Under the pieces are notes generated by a model, which was not told the origin of the DNA, did not search any database, and saw only the letters and a program-made list of their open reading frames with translations. This document shows, one piece after another, positions 23,803 through 35,988 of a stretch of DNA of 53,707 nucleotides. Each line of letters starts with the position of its first letter. Positions within the stretch are counted from its first letter, which is position 1. The position numbers were made by a program, and so were the translations under genes. Origin of the DNA: Sphaerodactylus townsendi (Eukaryota); the NCBI RefSeq assembly GCF_021028975.2, contig NC_059439.1:23570294-23624000 (forward strand), given 5' to 3'.

Positions 23803-25669
23803 ATGGGCGTCTGGGGACGGCAAACCGCCGCCCCTAGGCCGCCATTTCAGATAGGGCTTGAGCTGCTTCTGCGAAGCTGCGCCAGCTTCTCGCATGTCTC
23901 AGCCTGTGCCGAGCTTCCGGGCGCTTGAAATGTCCAGTTTTCTGAACGCTAGCCCAGTTCCGCCGCCGCAGGTGAATGGCAGCTGGCCTTCCCGGCGCTT
24001 TCCCCACTCTCTCTTCACTTTCACTCACCTGTCGCTCTCCTCGGCCCCTCCGGGCGACGCCACCTGGGCTCCGGGACACGCTCTACTCTGGGTGACATTA
24101 CGGAAGCAGGCGCGCAGGGCAGGGGAGGCGTGTCCCCAGGCCCCGGCGATGCGCAGGAGGGCCGGAGAGCAGGTGAGTCGACCGGGCAACGGTGCCAGTG
24201 GCGTAACTAGGCAAACTGGAGCCCTGGGCAAAACCTGAGTTTGATGCCCCCCGGCGTGTGCCCAATGCAACGTGCGTCCCCCCTTGTAGCTATGCTCAGT
24301 GGCGTATCTAGGCAAACTGGAGTTTGGCACCACCTATGGGCAGCCACCCTCCCCCACTGTGACCAAGCAATGATTTTTTACACCAGGTTGTTTCAAAGTC
24401 ACCATCACATTAAAGAACATGCCCCAACTCACAAATCTGAACACAGCAATAAGCCATGCCACACAGCAGAAATAAATTTTTGAAAACATTTTCAAAATGC
24501 TGTCAAAATGTTTTATTACTGCTATGAAAACATTTTATGGTGTTGTATCCAGTCCCCCCGACTGAGGGAAACAGCATCACTTTCATTGTTTCAAAGGAGA
24601 ATCTGGGCACCCTAGTTTAAACAAGTGATGCTGGAATTCACCCCCAAACAGCATCATTTTCAATGGTGTTTAAACTAGGGAGCCCAGATTCTCCTTTTAA
24701 ATCCACCTTAAAGGGAGAATCTGGGGTTCTCAGTTTAAACAACATTGAAAGTGATGCTATTTTGGGGTTGATTTTCCCCCACCCTGAAACAGCATCACTT
24801 TCAATGTTTAAACTGGGGTCCTCAGATTCTCCCTTTAAATCCATGTCAAAGGCGGTGGGATTTTAAAGGAAAATCTGGGGAAATTTGGGAAGTGCCTGCT
24901 GTTAGGGGTGCAATTGTTAAGCTAGCAGCACCAAACTTTCAGGGTATATTTAGGAGACTCTCCTAATGATACCACCTTTGGTGAAGTTTGCTTGAGCTAT
25001 AGTCCAAAGTTATGGACCCTCAAAGGTGTAGCCCCATCTTCTGTTAGCTCCCATTGGAAACAATGATGATGGGGCACCCCCTTTGGGGAGTCCATAGCTT
25101 TGGGACCCCCTGGACAAAACTTCACAAAACCTGGTAAAGAAGTCAGAGACTCTCCTGATGTGATACCTCCCACCGTGTTTGGCAGAAATTTGGTTCAGGG
25201 GGTCCAAAGTTATCGGAACCCTCAAAGGTGTAGCCTTATCTCCTATTAGCTCCCATTGGAAACAATGGGGGATGGGGCACCCTCTTTGGGAGTCCATAAC
25301 TTTGGACTCCCAGAACCAAACCTCACCAAACCTGGGTGATAGCATCAGGAGAGTCTCTCAAAACATTCCTGAAATTGTGGTGCTGCTAGCCTATAAACTG
25401 CGCCCTCTGCAGGCCAAAGAAAAACACTGAAAATACAAAAAATCCCACAAACGAACCTGCAGTTTTTGCGCCCCCCACAGGGCTGCGCCCAGGGCAACTG
25501 CCCACTTTGCCCTATGGGAGGAACGCCTCTGGACGGCGCCCAGCAGCTTGTCTTCCTGGAATGCCAGGGACCGGCCCATGCGGACGGGTCCCAGCATCAA
25601 GTTGGGTCAAGGCGTCAGAAATGCTTCACTCCAAGCCTTCTTCTGCCTCCTCGGGTATGGAAAAGGGCC
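23803..25669. mobile_element. GC-rich Harbinger-like MITE (left end truncated) containing a nested hAT element
   Basis: 23803-24195 plus 25532-25669 are homologous to the MITE at 41442-41967. Confidence 0.7.
24196..25531. mobile_element. Non-autonomous hAT-like element with palindromic internal modules
   Basis: CAGTGGCGT...ACGCCTCTG termini; imperfect 8-bp TSD AACGGTGC/GACGGCGC. Confidence 0.7.
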
Positions 25670-25719
25670 TTAGTTAGCGTCTGTCTTACTCAGTCTTCTA
25701 TAACTTCATCTGTAATCTA

Positions 25720-26235
25720 TTTTTTAAAAATTTTTATTGATATTTTGGATTGTTACAGATTTATATTATACATCTTTATATTTCATCCTCCATATCCTTT
25801 TCCCCCCTTTTCCCCCTCCCCCTTCTTCTTTTCTTCTTTAAATGTGCAGCAGCAGGTCCATTCTTTCTAATCTTCTTTTCCAGTTTTCTTCTGTGATTCC
25901 AATTTCATTTAACCAGTCTTTGAATTCAGTCCAGATCCACTTCATATCTTTTCGTTTTTCTTGCCATATTTGGTTTCTTGACATTGTGTCAAAAATTTCC
26001 AATTGTATTTGTTCCCATATATATTCCAACCATTTCTGTATTGTCCAGATTATTTTGTCCTTCCACCCTAATACTATTACTGCATGGGCCGCTCTAATCA
26101 TAAGTTTAAAAAGCATTCTCTTTCTTTGTTCTATTATTGTATAATCCAGTATGCCTATAAATAATAGATCTATATGTATCTTTATTTTTACATTCACATA
26201 TTTTTCCATATCCTTTGTAACATTTTTCCACAGGT
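25720..26235 (-). mobile_element. L1/Tx1-type LINE 3' fragment
   Basis: ORF LLFIGILD..LMIRAAHAVIVLGWKD..WTIQKW..W..F..WL resembles an L1-clade ORF2 C-terminus; AATAAA plus A-rich tail on the minus strand near 25720-25740. Confidence 0.7.
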
Positions 26236-26771
26236 GTTTTACCTCTGGACAACCTGTAATCTATTGAGCTAAGAGTCAGGCAGTGATACAATGGTAGGCT
26301 TAATACAATGCTGCTTTCAATGATTGCCTCAAAGTTACATCACCCTTGCCATTCCTGCAGAACTGCCCACCTTCAGGTAAAGTTTGGAGATTTCCTAGAA
26401 GTACAATTAATCTCCAGATGATTGAGATCAGTTCTCCTAGAAACAATGGCTGCTGGAGTAGGGTTGGGTAAACTCCATGGAATTACACCCTGCTGATGTC
26501 CCTGTCTTCCCTAAACCCCATCATCTCCAGTTTCTAACTCCAAATCTCCAGAAATTTCTAATTTGGAATTGGCAATCTTACTTGGTATTCATAACTGAGC
26601 TTGTCATCCATATTTTAACACAATTTTATTTTCTTTTTTTTTAATATAGGGAAGCCTTGCCATAATGACTTGGCTGCCAAGTAACTCCTGAATATCTTAT
26701 ATGAGATAGAAAGATTACAGAAGATTCTGAGGCATTTGTTGTGGTCACCTGCGAGCTACTGTGAGCTTATC

Positions 26772-28066
26772 ATAAGAACATAAGAACAAGCCTGCTGGAT
26801 CAGACCACAGTCCATCTAGTCCAGCACTCTGCTACTCGCAGTGGCCCACCAGATGCCTTTGGGAGCTCGCATGCAGGTTGTGAAAGCAATGGCCTTCTGC
26901 TGCTGCTGCTGCTCCTGAGCACCTGGTCTGCTAAGGCACTTGCAGTCTCAGATCAAGGAGGATCAAGATTGGTAGCCATAGATCGACTTCTCCTCCATAA
27001 ATCTGTCCAAGCCCTTTTTAAAGCTATCCAGATTAGTGGCCATCACCACCTCCTGTGGCAGCATATTCCAAACACCAATCACACGATGCATGAAAAATGT
27101 TTCCTTTAATTAGTCTGAATTCCCCCCCCCCCCCCAGCATTTTCAATGAATGCCCCCTGGTTCTAGTATTGTGAGAAAGAGTGAAAAATTTCTCTCTGTC
27201 AACATTTTCTACCCCACACATAATTTTATAGACTTCAATCAAATCTCCCCTCAGACGTCTCCTCTCCAAACTAAAGAGCCCCAAACACTGCAGCCTCTCC
27301 TCATAAGGAAGGTGCTCCAATCCCTCAATCATCCTCATTGCCCTTCTCTGCACTTTTTCTATCTCTTTGATATCCTTTTTGAGATGTGGTGACCAGAACT
27401 GAACACAGTACTCCAAGTGTGGTTGCACCACTGCTTTATATAAGGGCATGACAATCTTTGCAGTTTTATTATCAACTCCTTTCCTAATTATCCCCAGCAT
27501 AGAGTTTGTCTTTTTCCCATGGAACTATCAACTAAGATGCCCGAATCCCTTTCCTGGTCTGTGACTGATAGCACTGACCCCTGTAGCGTGTATGTGAAGT
27601 TTGGATTTTTTGCCCCTTTGTGCATCACTTTACATTTTACTACATTGAACTGTATTTGCCATTTCTTAGCCCACTTGCATAATTTATCAAGATCCACTTG
27701 GAGCTCTTCACAATCCTTTGTGGTTCTCACCACCCTAAATAATTTAGTATCATCTGCAAACTTGGCCACCACATTACCCACCCCTACTTCCAGGAAATTT
27801 ATGAATAGGTTAAAGAGCACTGGCCCCAAAACGGATCCTTGGGGAACACCACTCCCTACATTTCTCCATTGTGAGAACTTCCCATTTACACCCACCCTTT
27901 GCTTCCTGTTCCTCAACCAGTTTTTAATGCATAGGTGGACTTCCCCTCTTATTCCTTCACTGCTGAGTTTTCTCAATAGTCTTTGGTGAGAAACTTTGTC
28001 AAAAGACTTTTGGAAATCCAAGTAGACAATGTCCACTGGTTCCCCCTTATCCACATGCCAGTTTAC
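26772..28066 (-). mobile_element. CR1 LINE 3' portion with reverse transcriptase domain
   Basis: VYLDFQKSFDKV, SGVPQGSVLGP, KFADDTKL, HLEYCVQFWSP; (TTCTTATG)n tail. Confidence 0.95.
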
Positions 28067-28149
28067 ACCCTTTCTTTTACCATTTTTTATCTTTTTTTCT
28101 TTTACCATCAAATGACAGCTGACATGGTTGCCCCATAAGGCTTCCAATG

Positions 28150-28290
28150 CAAGTGATGTTTAGAGGTGGTTTGCCATTGCCTTCCTCTACACAATGACCC
28201 TTGACTTCCTTGGTGGTCTCTCATTCAAGTTATATCCGGAACCTGTTTAACTTCCAACATCTGACAAGATAAGCCATGTCAGGGCAGACC
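28150..28290 (-). mobile_element. Degenerate 5S rRNA-derived SINE (5S-Sauria-like)
   Basis: 5S-like segment joined to a GGCAATGGCAAACCAC tail; relatives at 20070-20190, 33890-34010 and 42180-42360. Confidence 0.55.
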
Positions 28291-28572
28291 TTATAATTAT
28301 GCTTCAGGTGCTTCAGGTGCTAAGCTTGTTTGGCAGCATCATTCTTTAAGTCAGAGTAACTTCCTTTAGCCTCTAACATTGAAACAACTCTTCCATTGGA
28401 AGATGGGTCTATAAGGTGGGGCAAGACTCCTTGGTTGAAGGAAGCTATCAGACCTATCATATATTACTGTTCTTCTCATTGACAAATCTGATTCCATTCT
28501 GGAGGGATACTTAGATTACCAAGAACACTGACTGAAATGATACATATATAGCAAGTCTGAGACTACATGTTA

Positions 28573-29562
28573 TTACAGATATAGGTCCTTGGACGTCTCA
28601 AGTTTTTTTCTAATAACATTCATTTTCAGAATTATTTTTTTCAAGGCTGTTTTCATATCCTGGTTCCTTAAACTGTAGATCATCGGGTTGAGCATTGGTG
28701 TGACAATGCTGTACACCACAGCTATGATTTTGTTCATGTTAAAGGAAGAACGGGTGGTGGGGCTGACATACATGAAAATCACAGTCCCGTAGTACAAAGA
28801 GACAACTGTCAGATGAGAGGCGCAGGTTGAGAAAGCTTTGTGACGTCCATGCGAGGATGGTATTTTCAGAATGGTTATACTGATGTAGATGTAGGAGACC
28901 ACAGTGGACAGGAATGTGCTCAGAATCACCATAGCTGAAAGCAGGAATACAATCTTCTGGGTAAGAGATGTGTCTATGCAAGCCAGGCGTAATAGAGGGG
29001 GAAGGTCGCAGAAGAAATGGTTTATGACATTGGGTCCACAGAAGGGTAAGTTAATCACCACAATAGCAGCTACTAAAGGGGACAAGCAGCCCCCTGCCCA
29101 ACAGCCCATCACAAGAAGCACACACACTCTTTTACTCATGATGGTAGAATATCTCAGAGGGTAACATATGGCAACATATCGATCATAAGCCATAACTGCA
29201 AGCAGGAAGCATTCAGATGACCCGAGGAAGAAAAAGCAATAGGATTGCAACAAGCACCCAGCAAAGCTAATGGCATGCCTGTTTGTTAACAAGATGGACA
29301 ACAGTTTGGGAACAGTGGAAGATACGTAGCCTATATCCATCAGTGATAGGTTCCCTAAAAAGAAGTACATGGGAGTTTGAAGGTGGCTGTCAGTCTTAAC
29401 TGTGATGACTATGGTGATGTTGCCGAGCACTGTAAGAAGGTACATAATCAGAAAGAGAAAAAAGAGAGAGATTTCGATTTTCCTAGTATTTGGGAAGCCC
29501 AGAATGAAAAACGTTGTCACTGCCGTATAGTTCTGATGTTCTTTAAGCCACTTTTCCAGCAT
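28573..29562 (-). CDS. Olfactory receptor (family 6/11-like), intact, 329 aa
   Basis: NYT glycosylation site, LQTPMYFFLGNLS, MAYDRYVAICYPLRY, KAFSTCASH, PMLNPMIYSLRN; ATG directly follows a splice acceptor (ctcttatag|ATG). Confidence 0.95.
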   Translation of the reverse strand: MLEKWLKEHQNYTAVTTFFILGFPNTRKIEISLFFLFLIMYLLTVLGNITIVITVKTDSHLQTPMYFFLGNLSLMDIGYVSSTVPKLLSILLTNRHAISFAGCLLQSYCFFFLGSSECFLLAVMAYDRYVAICYPLRYSTIMSKRVCVLLVMGCWAGGCLSPLVAAIVVINLPFCGPNVINHFFCDLPPLLRLACIDTSLTQKIVFLLSAMVILSTFLSTVVSYIYISITILKIPSSHGRHKAFSTCASHLTVVSLYYGTVIFMYVSPTTRSSFNMNKIIAVVYSIVTPMLNPMIYSLRNQDMKTALKKIILKMNVIRKKLETSKDLYL

Positions 29563-30100
29563 CTATAAGAGGTGAGAAAAAGTATGTTAGTACCTTTTGG
29601 GGGGGAGGGGGCAGGAAATAAATCCATGAAAATGCAATTAAATGAGCACATTTTTCACTTCTCCTATTAAAGAACAAATTTCACATATTTAGCTAGGGGT
29701 AAACCCAGAAATATGGATTCAGGTATTACCATGTTTTTAGTAGGGAATATTCTACTGGTAAAAGGCTTTTGTCATGTAAGGAAAGGCACTTTCCTCCAAG
29801 GGAGGGACTCTAACCAATGTCCCTGTCTTAGGGGTCGGAAGCAAAAAGTGGAATATAAATCCAAAAAGGTGGAATATAAATCCAAACTTTTCTTCTTCTA
29901 GATACCTATCACATATGGCTTTTGTGAAGACAGGTCCTATAATCCCCAGCATATATTTTTATGTGACCAAAGAGAACGTCCTCCTTAATTCTTGACAAAT
30001 GGGAAAAAAACTTCAATAATTAATGTTATCTTTTGGTATTAAACAGGCTCCCAGTGAGATAAGTGAAAAGGCTTTCTCAAGAGATAAATGTCCCTTCCTC

Positions 30101-30201
30101 CAGAGGTGGAATTCAAATAATTTAACAACTGGTTGTTTACAAGCACCATTTTAACAACCGGTTCTGCCGAAGTGGTGCGAACCTGCTGAATCCCACCACT
30201 G
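30101..30201. mobile_element. 101-bp hAT MITE
   Basis: CAGAGGTGGAATTCA/TGAATCCCACCACTG; perfect 8-bp TSD CCTTCCTC. Confidence 0.85.
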
Positions 30202-30515
30202 CCTTCCTCCTTCGAACTCTGTGGAAGACGGTGATAAGATCAGTTCCAATAATATTAGGCCTAAACTAAATGCTACATTTTTGTTAAGTTTGGCTGCAGT
30301 TCTCCAGACTTTACCTTTTTTTCTTACGTCACTTTAGAGCTGCACAGAGAGTATGCAAGCTACTTCTGGCTGTGATTGTTTTGGTTTAAAAAATGCCTTT
30401 CATCCCCTCATGGTAGAGTTCCAAGCCAGACTGAGCTTCTGTGAACTTTACAAATGCATTTCTCTATAACTGAAGCATGACTGCAGGGAAAGTGTGTCCA
30501 GTCCAGGGAACACCG

Positions 30516-30812
30516 TACAAACTTGCCAAAAAATAAAACCTGCAGTTTAGTCCTTTGCAAAATTTCTCTTGGTGAAGATTCCCATGATCTGAGGATCCCT
30601 GCTTTGATAATAAAATTCACCGTGTGCAAAATACTAAGAAAAACTTGGAAGTTCCTCCTTTATTACAAACGTGCCAAAAAATAAAACCTGCAGTTTAGTC
30701 CTTTGCAAAATTTCTCTTGGTGAAGATTCCCATGATCTGAGGATCCCTGCTTTGATAATAAAATTCACCTTGTGCAAAATACTAAGAAAAACTTGGAAGT
30801 TCCTCCTCTATT
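30516..30812. repeat. 148-bp tandem duplication (2 copies)
   Basis: 30516-30663 is repeated from 30664 with about 3 mismatches. Confidence 0.95.
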
Positions 30813-31062
30813 AAATTATTTCCAAATGAAGGCAGGAATAAGACTTTTGATAAGACCCATGCCATTTTTAAAGGAAGATTCCTGTATCTAAATATGCAAC
30901 TTGATTTTCCACTTCCCCCCCCACACTAATTTTGAGATAGTGTCTACCAAAATAAGCAGGACTTTTGTGATGTCCCTGACCCACCATTCTTAAATTTGAG
31001 AACTATTGCTATACATATATAGCTATCATACTAAGGATTAAGGGGAAGGTACACCCACAATA

Positions 31063-31468
31063 ATAAGAGAAAATTTGTACCCACCAGGCTGAAGACAAAA
31101 AAATCACAAGGTATTTTATAACATCATAGCAATGTTGAAGAATTATTTCAAAACAATTTTGTACAATACAGGTACATAGGAACACAGTAAATATTTTTTT
31201 TCTTTTTTAACACAATAACAGCAACAGCTAGCCAGAATCTAGATAATTACTGGCCTTGTAAAACCTTCAAGGCTGTTCTGTAAAACAAAATAAAAAAACA
31301 TGTTACACAAAACATTTTAGTGTTAAAAAAGGAAATATATTTACTGTGCTCCTATGTACCTGTATTATACAAAATTGTTTTGAAATAATTCTTCAACATC
31401 GCTATGATGTTATAAAATACCTTGTGATTTTTTAGTCTTCGGCCTGGTGGGTACAAATTTTCTCTTAT
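31063..31468. repeat. Long inverted repeat (~150-bp arms, ~108-bp spacer)
   Basis: 31063-31211 is the reverse complement of 31320-31468 with few mismatches. Confidence 0.92.
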
Positions 31469-32495
31469 AATTATACGTATATAGCTAGACATATAAAGTT
31501 TTATGTCATGTACCACATGGCATACCTGAATAATCCCATGCTACCAAGACAAGATAGGTCCACATAGATGCTGGATTTAGCAAGGAGGGCAATCAGGGTT
31601 TATGAACGGGATGGGGTGGAGAACCCTACAATAATCCAAGTTACTAACAGAGTGAATCCCAACCAGCTTTTCTGCTAGTGAAAAAGAGAATGCGACTGCC
31701 ATTTGAACATCTGAAAAGGACATGACATGGATCCTGGGACCTACATTATACAAAGCCATGTGTGATGGGAGCTGTAATGGAGAAGCTATATAGGCAATAT
31801 AGATCCAAACATTGGCTGGATCTTATTGAGTATGGTTAAGATTGACTTACATGTGTTAAAGAAAAAAGGGTCTATGACAGCAAAAAAGACTATGGCTTAT
31901 TCACGACACAGTAAAATGGAATAGGCTTACCTTATGGGCTGAAAACAAAAAAGGCACTTGAAAAGTATCTGATTTTATTTTATTTTCCTTTGTATATGTT
32001 GTAAAACCAGAAGTTAAAATAATAAGGGTTAAAATAATTTTTCTTTGTAAAAATAAAAAGTTATACACAAGGACAGGGTTTTTTAAATCTTTGTTTGGTT
32101 TCACGCCCTTACATTTCCCCAAGAAAGTAAGCAATGGCTCCAATGCCATTTGAAAGCTCTGAGACTACACTCCGTCTCTTGGGGTTTGATGGAATTAGCT
32201 TCAAGCGGGTGTACATATTGAAATGGAAAAAAGTTGATGAAAATAATCCCAGAGTAGAATGTACTGCTAAGGGCTGGCACTAGGGTGTGATGAAGTTGAA
32301 TATTTGCCAGGGCTTACACAGCACGCAGGAGATTATTATTTCATTATTGATTAGATTTCTATTAGATAAAAAAAAATCTCATTTGACAATTCTGGTTTCT
32401 TTCAGCTAAGGGGGTGTTTTATCTCTTCAGAAATGCCAGGGGCTGGACACAACAATTTCCATGGGGATATCACAGTGGCTAATAGAATAAACCAT

Positions 32496-32634
32496 GGCTC
32501 ATTCCGAACATGCAGAATAATGCACTTTCAAACTGCTTTCAGTGCGCTTTGAAGCTGTGCGGAATGGCAAAATCCACTTGCAAACAGTTGTGAAAGTGGT
32601 TTGAAAATGCATTATTTTGCGTGCGGAAGGGGTT
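32496..32634. mobile_element. MITE, Harbinger-like (family A)
   Basis: Copy of 48439-48579; TSD CAT. Confidence 0.85.
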
Positions 32635-33287
32635 CATGATCCATTGAGGTTGTAAGTTCAGATGTCATCCACAAGTACACTAAGCACTCTGAGGAAAGTC
32701 ATTCCTTTTCAGCCTTGGTTCTTCACTGCCAATAGGGCAAAAATCATTCAGACAGATAATGAATATGATAACTCAAGTATGTCAGAGGAAAGGCTTGTGT
32801 TACCATCAGCCCTTTTGGATGGGAAGTACAAAAATGTGGAACGTTCTAAAAGAGTTTGTTCTTGTGATTTGGTTACTGCTGAAACACTTGACCGTTCTAA
32901 TCGTGTTTTTTTTCCTCACTTGTATTTTTTCTTTATTATGCACATCTGTTTTGTAATTTTTTTTTTGCTTTTGTATGCCAATAAAGGACGTTGTTGTTGT
33001 TGTTGTTGTTGTTGTAACTCAAGTATGTGGAATAATTCAAACATTTGAAGTATGATGCCCCGTAGCAGAGAGAGAATGTAAAACTTTGCTCACAACCTGA
33101 GTTTAATCCTGATGGAAACTGGGTTCAGATAGCTGACTCAAGATTGACTCAAAGCTCCATCCAAAGGGGGAGATCAAATCTGCCCGTGGGAGTGGAACGT
33201 GGCTACACTAGTGGATTTTCCCTCCCAAGGTCACTTAACCTAGCAGAGGGATGATTTTTCCAGTGTGCAGCCACCACAACCCTCCCT

Positions 33288-33485
33288 GCAGTGGCGTAGG
33301 AGGTTAAGAGCTCATGTATCTGATCTGGAGGAACCGGGTTTGATTCCCAGCTCTGCCACCTGAGCTGTGGAGGCTTATCTGGGGAATTCAGATTAGCCTG
33401 TACACTCCCACACACGCCAGCTGGGTGACCTTGGGCTCATCATAGTTCTTCAGAGCTCTCTCAGCCCCACCTACCTCACAGGGTG
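33288..33485 (+). mobile_element. tRNA-derived SINE (Squam3-like), 3'-truncated
   Basis: A box TGGCGTAGGAGG, B box GGTTTGATTCCC; near-identical to the 42888 copy. Confidence 0.8.
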
Positions 33486-34160
33486 CGAGATTTACAGCAG
33501 CATTCCTCGATGCACACAATTCCAGACTCATACCCCATCCTTCCTTTCCCCTTCCTCCACCCGTCCCTACACAGCCCCAAATACATCAACACGAAGCCAC
33601 GGAGTTCAGCATCGCCACAGCTCTAGAGTAGAAGCTGTCTCTCAGCCTCTTTGTCCTAGTTTTTATAGACCTGTATCGTCTGCCAGGTGGTAACAGTTCA
33701 AAAAGAGAGTGTGCTGGATGAGACGGATCTCTCAGAATATTTTGGGCTTTCTTTAGGCTTACAGGGGTTCTGCTTCATCTGCTTCAAATGTTTCTTGCCT
33801 TGAAAACACTACAGGGTCACCATAAATCAGTGAGGTCATCATTTGGATTAATATAACATACATTTAGAAACAACACATTCTCAGTCTCGACCCTGGCAAG
33901 TATTTGGATGGGAAACCTCCAAGGAATACCAGGATCATGATGTTAAGGCGGGCAATAGCAAATCTCCTTCAAATGTCTCTTGCCTTGAAAACAGTACAGG
34001 GTCAACATAAATCATTTGGATTAATATAACACACATTTAGAAACAACACAAAGGGATTGAATCTCAGCAGTTTTTCTGCAGTTATTCTTCAGTGACTGGA
34101 TGGCAAAAAGGGGGGAGCTATTCCTCTTGGCAGCAATGAATAGGGCTTGCAATACTCTCA

Positions 34161-34301
34161 GGCTCATTCCGCAGATGCAGAATAATGCCCTTTCAAACTG
34201 CTTTCAGTGTTCTTTGAAGCTGTGCGGAATAGCAAGATCCACTTGCAAACAGTTGTGAAAGTGGTTTCAAAACGCATTATTTTGCGTGTGCGGAAGGGGC
34301 C
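34161..34301. mobile_element. MITE, Harbinger-like (family A)
   Basis: TSD TCA; absent from the paralogous site near 20345. Confidence 0.85.
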
Positions 34302-35029
34302 TCAGTTACAGGCAAAAAAGGTACTGGCTGGATATTAGGAAAAAATCCAGCAGCTAGAGTAGTTCAGCAGTGGAATCAGCTGCCTAGGGTGGTATTTAGC
34401 TCCTGCTCATTGGCAGCCTTCGAGCAGCGGCTGGACAAAACACTTCTCAGAGATGCTTTAGGCTTCTCAGAGTTGCCCTAGAATGGTCTCTCTGGACCTT
34501 TCCAGCTCTGTGATTCTATGAACTGTCCTGCTGTAACTACAGAAAAGGAAATACTTTTCACTCAGGTTCTCAGCAATGGATTGTCCTTCAGCAAAAAAAA
34601 GGTAATACCTTTCGTATAGGTTCTTAGCAAGGGAGTGAGCAGATCTCTATCACATCCCTCTTTTATTTCAATTTTGTTTGTGTCAAGTATGAGTGCAAGG
34701 AATTGCTGACCCAATCTGGTGAAGAAGGATAAAAGTAATGAGAAAAAGATAAAACTAAAATACTGAAGGGACGGGCAAGCAATAAAAATAACTCTTTATC
34801 ATTGAAGGCTGAGGTCTCGAAATTCATGTTTAAATACTTTTCATCCCTCCACATTGTCCATATCTGCAATTATTCTTGGTTGGCTACTACAATATGTGTT
34901 AGCAGAAATATGGCAGGTGAATAGAAAAAAAAGGTAGCAGAAATATGGCAGGTGAATAGATAAAGAAAGGTAGAGGCCTGTTACTATACCTTCAGAAACA
35001 ATAAACCATTTATCTCTCCTCCAGACACT

Positions 35030-35988
35030 ATGAGACACATAGAACACACTGAAGAAAATCAGACCAGCATCACAGAATTCATTCTTCTTGGGTTTTCCAA
35101 CCATCCTGAACTTCAGACCCCCTTTTCATCATCTTTCTTCTCATATACACAATAACTCTGACTGGAAACGTCCTCATCATTCTCATAACAACAATGGACT
35201 CTGCCCTTCAGAGCCCCATGTACTTCTTCCTCCGGAACTTGTCCTCCTTGGAAATCTGCTTCAATTTGGTCATTGTCCCAAAGATGCTGGTGAACTTGTT
35301 GGCGGAGAATAAATCCATCTCCTATGCTGGTTGTGCTACACAAATGTATTTCTTCTTCTTCTTTGGTGCTGCAGAGTGCTGCCTCCTTGCTGCAATGGCA
35401 TATGACCGATACGTTGCCATCTGCAACCCGTTACGCTATCCTGATATCATGAACAAAAGGACATGCTTCCAATTGGCCAGTGCTTCCTGGTTCTCGGGCT
35501 TCCCTGTGTCTATTGTCCAGACCACATGGATATTCAGCTTGCCATTTTGTGGACCTAACATAGTCAACCACTTCTTCTGTGACAGTCCTCCAGTACTGGA
35601 ACTGGCCTGCGCTGATACCCACATGTTTGAACTGGAAGCTCTGACAGCCACCGTACTCTTCATCATGTTTCCTTTCCTCTTGATTCTTCTCACTTACGTT
35701 CGCATCATCACGACCATCCTGAGAATGCCTTCAGCAGAGGGCAGACACAAAGCCTTTTCAACCTGTTCATCTCACCTTGTCGTGGTTACTCTGTTTTATG
35801 GCACAGCCACCTCAACCTACTTCAGACCAAAATCTAGCTATGCTCCAGACACAAAGAAGATCCTCTCTCTCTCCTACACTGTCATCACTCCCATGTTAAA
35901 TCCCATCATCTACAGCTTGAGAAACAAGGAAGTAAAAGGTGCGTTGAAGAGAACATTGGGCAGGAGAATGTTTGTGCACCAAAAATAA
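35030..35988 (+). pseudogene. Olfactory receptor paralog of 21849-22808 with a 1-bp frameshift (possibly a sequencing error)
   Basis: ATG at 35030; 959 bp versus 960 bp; C5 at 35118-35122 versus C6 in the paralog; the rest of the ORF is open and about 97% identical. Confidence 0.85.
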
